13,245 nucleotides of DNA. It comes from Pedosphaera sp. (lineage in GTDB: Bacteria > Verrucomicrobiota > Verrucomicrobiia > Limisphaerales > SIBH01). Shown here piece by piece: positions 1 through 4,578 of the stretch. The stretch's first letter is position 1. Each line of letters begins with the position of its first letter. The stretch is from positions 1 through 13,245 of the forward strand of contig JANOQV010000161.1 in NCBI GenBank assembly GCA_031414955.1, given 5' to 3'. The position numbers and the translations under genes were made by a program. The notes under the pieces were generated by a model. That model had not been told where the DNA came from. It did no database searches and worked only from the letters and a program-made list of their open reading frames with translations.

Positions 1-1
1 G

Positions 2-2170
2 GAAGGGTTCTACCTCTACCTCGAAGCCATCCGGCCCAGCGCCGCCCCCGGCGATGTGCGCCTCGAACTTTTCGTCGATCCCGACGGCGACGGCCCGGCC
101 GGCTTCATCGGCTTTGATGCGCTGCGTTGCACGATTTTGGAGAACCGCCTGGTGAAGGTGAACCAGGACAACTCGATTGTCCCGGTCACGAAGCTCGAAT
201 CTTCCCACGCCTCGCCGGTGATTTCAGTGAGTTCCCTCGCCGTGAGCGGCGTCGGTTCCCCGGCTCCGGACTATGCTTCCATCACAGGACGCGTCTCGAT
301 TGCCGGTTCCATCACCTGCGCCGCGTGCGACGCCTACCCGGATGGCGTGGTCACGCAAGTCGTCGTCTTCGTCAACAGCTACGACATACCAACGGCGGTG
401 CTGGCCGTGAATGGTACCAAGGGCTACGACGCTTCGTCCTTGATCCATCGCTATCCGTTCAGCGGCACGTTCTCGGCGAACATTGCGGCTGAGTTGGACC
501 TGGGCGTGAACCTGGTTCGCGTGGTGGCCATCGACAACGTGATGGGCATCGCCGGGTACTCGGAGTGGACGGTGGAAGTGACCGGCCAGTACAACGCTCC
601 CTTCTCTCTGGCCTTCACGCCGGTGGGCTATTCCAGCGGTTCCATGCCCAATGCCCTCAGCGCCGTGATGGGCTTGCCCGGCGGGCTTTCCGCCGCGGCA
701 GTGCTGACAAATTCCCCGGCCCTGCCGAATACTTTTGTGGGCTACACCAGCATTGCGGTCGCTGATCCTGGACCCGGCGGCGGTGGGGGCGGTGGAGTGA
801 GCGGGCTGTTCAAGCTCGTCTTCGATTACCTCACGCCCTTCGACGACAATTTCGTGGATCTCTACAGCGGGAGTGTGACCAGCGACAATCTGGGTGTCTC
901 CCAATCACCCATCGTGGTTGTGGAAGGCAGCGAGAGTTCGCGGAGCTTCACCCACGATGGCACCTTGTTGCCCTCCTGGATCAACTGGATCTTCAACACC
1001 GGCCCACCATCCCTCCAGGACGTCTCTGACGGCGGCAAGGCCGTTTTCCATTCCTTCAACGTGCGCGGTCCCAAATCCTACCTGGATCAAGTGAAGTGGA
1101 CCGTCTTGAGCGATCCGAACTCCGGGGTGGAGAGCGTGCGCTACTTTTTCGAATCGCCCGACGGGCAAAAGTTCATTGGCGGCTTGGAGACGAACCACGT
1201 CGGCCCGGCCATGATCTTCAGTTGCCCAGTTCGGAACGTGGCCACGATGGCCTGGGAGGCCAGCCAGGGCAACACGGCCCAACTCAATTACAACCTCGGG
1301 TTCGGCGTGGGCTTCGCTGGCGGGGCCGGCTCCCTGGTCGAAGGCACGCTGCACACGACCTTCGTGTGGATGCCCGGCATGGGTATCAGATACGGGCGGG
1401 AAAGACTCCAGATGTGCGTGGACATCGCGCGGGTGGAACTCACCGCCGCCGGAGCGGTCGTGGCCGTCGCGCAATTCTGGGCCGAGTGGCGCCTGCGCCA
1501 ACTCAGCGACGTATACGTGCTGGGGCTCAGCCCGGCCGAAGCCGAGCTGAAGATAATGAGCGAAGACGGGCGGCTCATGGCTGAGTTCTGCAAGGAACTG
1601 GTCATCTTCCTCAACCAGCACGCGCCCGGAAACACCTACGACTCAGGCAAGCTGCACGGGCGGGTGGCTTTCGAGGCGGCCGCGGTGCTCGTCGGCAGCG
1701 GAGCGGCCGGCCTGACCAAGGCGCAATTCTTTGCCAGACTGGCCACCCGGCTGGAGACGAAAAGTTTTCCACTCGTGGCCGAGGCAAGGGCGGCCACGGC
1801 GGCGGCGGCTCAAGCATCGCGTAGGTTGCCAGCAACCTTTGGGCACGCTACATCGGATGCTTACAGGCAGACATTCTTGGCCGCGTATCCAGAACTCGAT
1901 GGGCATGTCGTTGTTCACCATGCTGTCGAGCAGCGAATTCTGAGGCGCCCGGAATATGCCGGAGTAGTAACGAAGGAAGAGATTCATTCTTTAGAAAATC
2001 TACGCGGCATACCGGTTCCCAAAGATCCAGAGTTGCACAAGAGTATCATCCGAATGGAGTGGAACAAATTTTACCGAGAACATCCCAACGGTGCGATGAA
2101 ACAGCAGCTTCTCGACAAAGCAACTGAAATTGACCAAAAATATGGGCACTTGTTCACTCCAGCAAGATGA
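2..2170 (+). CDS. Polymorphic-toxin-like protein, 5'-truncated by the window edge: Ig-like/beta-rich stalk, hydrophobic pre-toxin region, C-terminal HNH/EndoVII-like nuclease tip
   Basis: The frame of ORF 56..2170 is open back to position 2 (EGFYLYLEAIRPS...), so the true start is outside the window. The C-terminal ~110 aa (VVVHHAVEQ...IHSLENLRGIP...LHKSIIRMEWNKFY) have the HH...N...H spacing of HNH-fold toxin tips. They follow a G-K-L-H-G-R-V-A-F-E pre-toxin-like motif and an Ala-rich linker. GC is 79/180 (44%) in 1981-2160 versus 70-77% in sampled lines at 1441-1500 and 1621-1680. Confidence 0.75.
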   Translation, partial: EGFYLYLEAIRPSAAPGDVRLELFVDPDGDGPAGFIGFDALRCTILENRLVKVNQDNSIVPVTKLESSHASPVISVSSLAVSGVGSPAPDYASITGRVSIAGSITCAACDAYPDGVVTQVVVFVNSYDIPTAVLAVNGTKGYDASSLIHRYPFSGTFSANIAAELDLGVNLVRVVAIDNVMGIAGYSEWTVEVTGQYNAPFSLAFTPVGYSSGSMPNALSAVMGLPGGLSAAAVLTNSPALPNTFVGYTSIAVADPGPGGGGGGGVSGLFKLVFDYLTPFDDNFVDLYSGSVTSDNLGVSQSPIVVVEGSESSRSFTHDGTLLPSWINWIFNTGPPSLQDVSDGGKAVFHSFNVRGPKSYLDQVKWTVLSDPNSGVESVRYFFESPDGQKFIGGLETNHVGPAMIFSCPVRNVATMAWEASQGNTAQLNYNLGFGVGFAGGAGSLVEGTLHTTFVWMPGMGIRYGRERLQMCVDIARVELTAAGAVVAVAQFWAEWRLRQLSDVYVLGLSPAEAELKIMSEDGRLMAEFCKELVIFLNQHAPGNTYDSGKLHGRVAFEAAAVLVGSGAAGLTKAQFFARLATRLETKSFPLVAEARAATAAAAQASRRLPATFGHATSDAYRQTFLAAYPELDGHVVVHHAVEQRILRRPEYAGVVTKEEIHSLENLRGIPVPKDPELHKSIIRMEWNKFYREHPNGAMKQQLLDKATEIDQKYGHLFTPAR

Positions 2171-2601
2171 AGCAAAGGAATTACGTCATTCTCGAACCTG
2201 AAGTCGCTGGCGGCGTCGGCCCCGGTACTGAGTACGACATGACGGTTTCACCGCCTCGCATCACACGCCTCAACTATGAGTTCGATGGCTGGCTGGGGGA
2301 TGATGTCCTGGAAAGTTTTCCGAGCTTCATCATCACTGAGCGCGGTCGGAAACTGCTTGAACAACTTGCTGCCACGGGAATGATCTTCGCAGATGTGCAA
2401 GTCAGCAAGTCCGACGAATTTCATGAACTGCACGGGGATAAAACCCTCCCGAAATTCTATTGGATGCAAGTCCACGGAAAGCTCGGGGCTGATGACATCG
2501 CGCTCGTGTCCGATGGACGACTTGCGGTGGATGCGGGTTTGTTTGCCCGTTTGAATTCTCTTTTGTGGACGCATTGTGATGTAGCACCGCTGAATAGTTA
2601 G
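2167..2601 (+). CDS. Putative cognate immunity protein (144 aa)
   Basis: ATGA start/stop overlap with the toxin gene at 2167-2170; small soluble protein. LEPEVAGG...YEFDGWLGDDVLESFPSFIITE reads like a conserved family, and the FIITE...LE...TG..F..V segment loosely resembles Imm11/DUF1629-type proteins. Function is inferred from position. Confidence 0.72.
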   Translation: MKQRNYVILEPEVAGGVGPGTEYDMTVSPPRITRLNYEFDGWLGDDVLESFPSFIITERGRKLLEQLAATGMIFADVQVSKSDEFHELHGDKTLPKFYWMQVHGKLGADDIALVSDGRLAVDAGLFARLNSLLWTHCDVAPLNS

Positions 2602-2606
2602 TCTCT

Positions 2607-2659
2607 GAAAAGGGGTCGTCACATTTGACATTGGCGGCACGGTCTGCGGGCTGCGGCAT
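2607..2659 (+). repeat. Degenerate copy of the transposase element left end
   Basis: AAAGGGGTC-GTCACAT-TTGACA...GCTGCGGCAT aligns with 3127-3182 (AAAGGGGTCAGTCAATGGTATTGACA...GCTGCGGCAT). The TTGACA-to-GCTGCGGCAT spacing is 19 nt versus 20 nt. Confidence 0.6.
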
Positions 2660-2753
2660 CGGGACTTTAATTCGACTGCGGATAACGCCGGGAGCATGAA
2701 GCACCGTCTTGGGACGGCGCGGCCTTCCCGGCTCAGGAAAAGGACAATCCACC

Positions 2754-3056
2754 ATGCAACTACACGACGGCCTCAGCCCCATGTTCAACGTCGGCGATCC
2801 CGCCACCCTGAAACAAATCGAACATTCCCACATCCGGTATTGGATGGAGGAAAAAGGCAGTCAGAAGGAGGCCGCACCCATCCTGGGCCTGAACCCCGGC
2901 TCACTCTCGCGCAAGATTGCCAAAGAGAATATCAAGTATATCAAGAACGCCCAGCGCAAGCCGGACCTGGACCCTCCCTCCACTCGCCAGCATGACGAAG
3001 CGGAACGGGGTCAGTTCCTAACTTCTACAACTTTTGGGAACGGGGTCAGTTCCTAA
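2754..3056 (+). CDS. Small Fis-type helix-turn-helix (HTH_8-like) protein, C-terminus formed by repeat DNA
   Basis: TLKQIEHSHIRYWMEEKGSQKEAAPILGLNPGSLSRKI matches the Fis/NtrC C-terminal HTH pattern (L..LE...I...L....AA..LG.....L.RK). ATG 2754 is preceded by AGGAAAAGGA at 2735-2744. The last ~17 codons and the stop come from the 35-bp tandem repeat. Confidence 0.62.
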   Translation: MQLHDGLSPMFNVGDPATLKQIEHSHIRYWMEEKGSQKEAAPILGLNPGSLSRKIAKENIKYIKNAQRKPDLDPPSTRQHDEAERGQFLTSTTFGNGVSS

Positions 3057-3071
3057 CTTCTACAACTTTTG
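3002..3071 (+). repeat. Perfect 35-bp tandem duplication (2 copies) containing the GGGGTCAGT end motif
   Basis: GGAACGGGGTCAGTTCCTAACTTCTACAACTTTTG at 3002-3036 and 3037-3071. GGAAC/GTTCC can pair, leaving GGGGTCA in the loop. Confidence 0.95.
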
Positions 3072-3108
3072 GGGTTGAAATTCTGCCAGCGAAGTCCAGC
3101 CTCCTTTC

Positions 3109-3126
3109 ATGGCCCGCAAGCTCCGG
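3109..3126 (+). pseudogene. 5' stub (MARKLR) of an older paralogous Y1 transposase gene, interrupted by the intact element; continues at 4180
   Basis: ATG GCC CGC AAG CTC CGG = MARKLR, the same peptide as the start of 3181..4116 but with different codons. It is preceded by its own GGGGTCAGT motif (3042-3050) and TTGAAA-16nt-CAGCCT (3075-3102). Joined to 4180 onward it reads MARKLRLEAEAAL. Confidence 0.7.
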
Positions 3127-3146
3127 AAAGGGGTCAGTCAATGGTA

Positions 3147-3175
3147 TTGACACATTGCCAGGCGGCTCACACGCT
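3147..3175 (+). promoter_or_regulatory. Putative sigma70-type promoter in the left end, likely giving a leaderless transposase mRNA
   Basis: TTGACA (3147-3152), 17-nt spacer, CACGCT (3170-3175), ATG at 3181; no Shine-Dalgarno sequence. Confidence 0.5.
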
Positions 3176-3180
3176 GCGGC

Positions 3181-4116
3181 ATGGCTCGCAAATTGCGCGT
3201 GGAATATCCGGGGGCGATCTATCACGTCCTGAATCGCGGGGATCGGCGGGAGGACATCTTCAAGGACGATCCGGACCGGCAGCGTTTCCTGGCCACGCTG
3301 GGCGAGGCCTGCGCCAAGACCTCCTGGCAGGTGCTGGCCTTCTGTCTCCTGCCCAATCATTTTCATCTCGTGGTCGAGACGCCCCAGGCCAACCTGGTGG
3401 CGGGCATGAAGTGGCTGCTGGGCACCTACACCAGCCGCTTCAACCGCCGGCACAAACTCTTCGGGCATCTGTTCAGCGGACGCTACAAGTCGCTCGTGGT
3501 GGACGGGAGCGGCGACGGTTATTTGAAAACGGTCTGCGATTACGTGCATCTCAATCCGGTGCGGGCCCGCCTGCTCGCGCCCGCCGAACCGCTCCAGACC
3601 TATCCGTGGAGCAGTTACCCGCTCTATTTACAGGCTCCGGCACGCCGTCCGGAGTGGCTGCGGGTGGACCGTTTGCTCGGCGAATGGGGCGTGGCGGCGG
3701 AGAGCGCGTCCGGCCGGCGGCGGTTCGCGGCGGAGATGGAAGCCCGGAGGCAGGGTGAGGCGGATGAGGAATTCAAGCCGGTGCGGCGGGGCTGGTGTCT
3801 GGGCGGGGAAGAGTTTCGGCGCGGGTTGCTCGAGCAAATTGCCGGGCAACGGTGCGCGAGCCACTATGGGGAGGAACTGAAGGAATCAGCGGCGGCGCAG
3901 GCGCAGCGGTTGATTGACGAGGCGCTCGGGAAGAAAGGCTGGACCATGGAAGACTTGCAGGCGCGGCGCAAAGGGGACGCCTTCAAGGTGCGCCTGGCGG
4001 CCCAGTTGCGGGCGCGGACGACGGTGACGGTGGCGTGGATCGCCGAGCGCCTGTGCATGGGCACGCGCGGGCACCTCACGCACTTGCTCTACCGGCAAGG
4101 CCAGCGAGCAGGATGA
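3181..4116 (+). CDS. Y1 HUH transposase (IS200/IS605 superfamily, RAYT/TnpA-REP-like) with C-terminal HTH-like extension
   Basis: N-terminal MARKLRVEYPGAIYHVLNRG, HUH motif NHFHL, GHLFSGRYKS, catalytic Tyr in DYVHLNPVRA, YPWSSY motif, and helical C-terminal TVAWIAERLCMG. The ORF is intact at 311 aa. Confidence 0.93.
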   Translation: MARKLRVEYPGAIYHVLNRGDRREDIFKDDPDRQRFLATLGEACAKTSWQVLAFCLLPNHFHLVVETPQANLVAGMKWLLGTYTSRFNRRHKLFGHLFSGRYKSLVVDGSGDGYLKTVCDYVHLNPVRARLLAPAEPLQTYPWSSYPLYLQAPARRPEWLRVDRLLGEWGVAAESASGRRRFAAEMEARRQGEADEEFKPVRRGWCLGGEEFRRGLLEQIAGQRCASHYGEELKESAAAQAQRLIDEALGKKGWTMEDLQARRKGDAFKVRLAAQLRARTTVTVAWIAERLCMGTRGHLTHLLYRQGQRAG

Positions 4117-4143
4117 GCCGCAGGATATGCCAATACCATTGAC

Positions 4144-4175
4144 TGACCCCTTCTTGACCCCTTCTTGACCCCTTT
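4144..4175 (+). repeat. 11-bp tandem repeat (x3) of the right-end motif
   Basis: TGACCCCTTCT (4144-4154), TGACCCCTTCT (4155-4165), TGACCCCTTT (4166-4175). Confidence 0.93.
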
Positions 4176-4222
4176 CCGGTTGGAGGCGGAAGCGGCCCTT
4201 GGGCCTTGTCCTAATCACCAAA

Positions 4223-4300
4223 GGATTGGAAAGGACCGGAGCGCGCCGGGGATGATGGTTTGGAAGTGGGGTGTTCTCGCGCGCAGCGTCCTTTCCATCC
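4223..4300. repeat. Long imperfect hairpin/inverted repeat
   Basis: GGAT(T)GGAAAGGAC (4223-4236) pairs with GTCCTTTCCATCC (4288-4300). Inner GCGCGC (4241-4246) pairs with GCGCGC (4279-4284), with further G-U pairing possible. Confidence 0.6.
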
Positions 4301-4303
4301 GGG

Positions 4304-4537
4304 GTTGAACCCGCCCGACGTCGAAGTCACGTTGGAGATTCCAGCCGGGACCGGTGTGCCTCCCCAAGCGACGAGGCTGCCGTCCTTGGGCAGCGCGAGT
4401 GATTGCGGTCCTCCGGCGGCGAGGGCGGTGACGTTCGAAAGTCCACTCGGAACATTCGTTGGTCCGCTGTTGTTGTTGCCCCACGCGATCACGGTTCCAT
4501 TGCTTTCCAGCAAAGCCATATGGTCGCTTGCGCAACC
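4304..4537 (-). pseudogene. RCC1/BLIP-II beta-propeller repeat gene remnant (~2 repeats)
   Basis: SDHMALLESNGTVIAWGNNNSGPTNVPSGLSNVTALAAGGPQSLALPKDGSLVAWG...ISNVTSTSGGF matches the RCC1-repeat consensus (H.LAL..DG.V.AWG.N..GQ..VP....V..IAAG) with decayed residues. It is too short for a propeller, and there is an in-frame stop at 4559-4561 upstream. Confidence 0.75.
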
Positions 4538-4578
4538 TCGGCCCGAGGCCGGGTCGGGTCACGCTCTGACTTCTGGGC

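Larger units (their letters stand above)
3127..4175 (+). mobile_element. Y1/HUH transposase element with terminal inverted repeats, flanked by a CCGG duplication
   Basis: AAGGGGTCAGTCAATGGTATTG (3128-3149) is the exact reverse complement of 4131-4152. The match extends imperfectly inward (GCGGCTCA 3162-3169 / TGAGCCGC 4114-4121). The outer right end is TGACCCCTTT at 4166-4175. CCGG lies at 3123-3126 and 4176-4179. Confidence 0.75.

Noticed and set aside
56..58. GTG at 56 as the toxin start
   Set aside because: The frame is open to the window edge and there is no signal peptide or SD at 56.
1620..1860. GGGGTC motif at the toxin stalk/tip junction
   Set aside because: Looked for and not found, so there is no direct evidence that the transposase swapped the toxin tip itself.
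3002..3071. 35-bp repeats as a CRISPR array
   Set aside because: The copies are directly adjacent with no spacer, there are only two, and no cas genes are present.
2696..3758. Alternative ORFs 2696..2995, 3069..3758 and 3046..3549
   Set aside because: They overlap better-supported genes (Fis HTH, Y1 transposase) in other frames or strands and have Arg/Pro/Gly-rich shadow composition.
4536..4548. CCTCG-GCC-CGAGG hairpin as terminator of the giant gene
   Set aside because: Only a 5-bp stem and no U-tract.
4551..4570. GGGTCGGGTCACGCTCTGAC as another element end
   Set aside because: Only 6 bp match the core and the AAAG/AACG prefix is missing, so chance occurrence in high-GC DNA is plausible. 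Its position at the RCC1 remnant boundary is noted.
4180..4578. tnpB/iscB gene or omega-RNA downstream of the Y1 transposase
   Set aside because: No RuvC-like ORF is present; the region is explained by the stub continuation, a hairpin and the RCC1 remnant.
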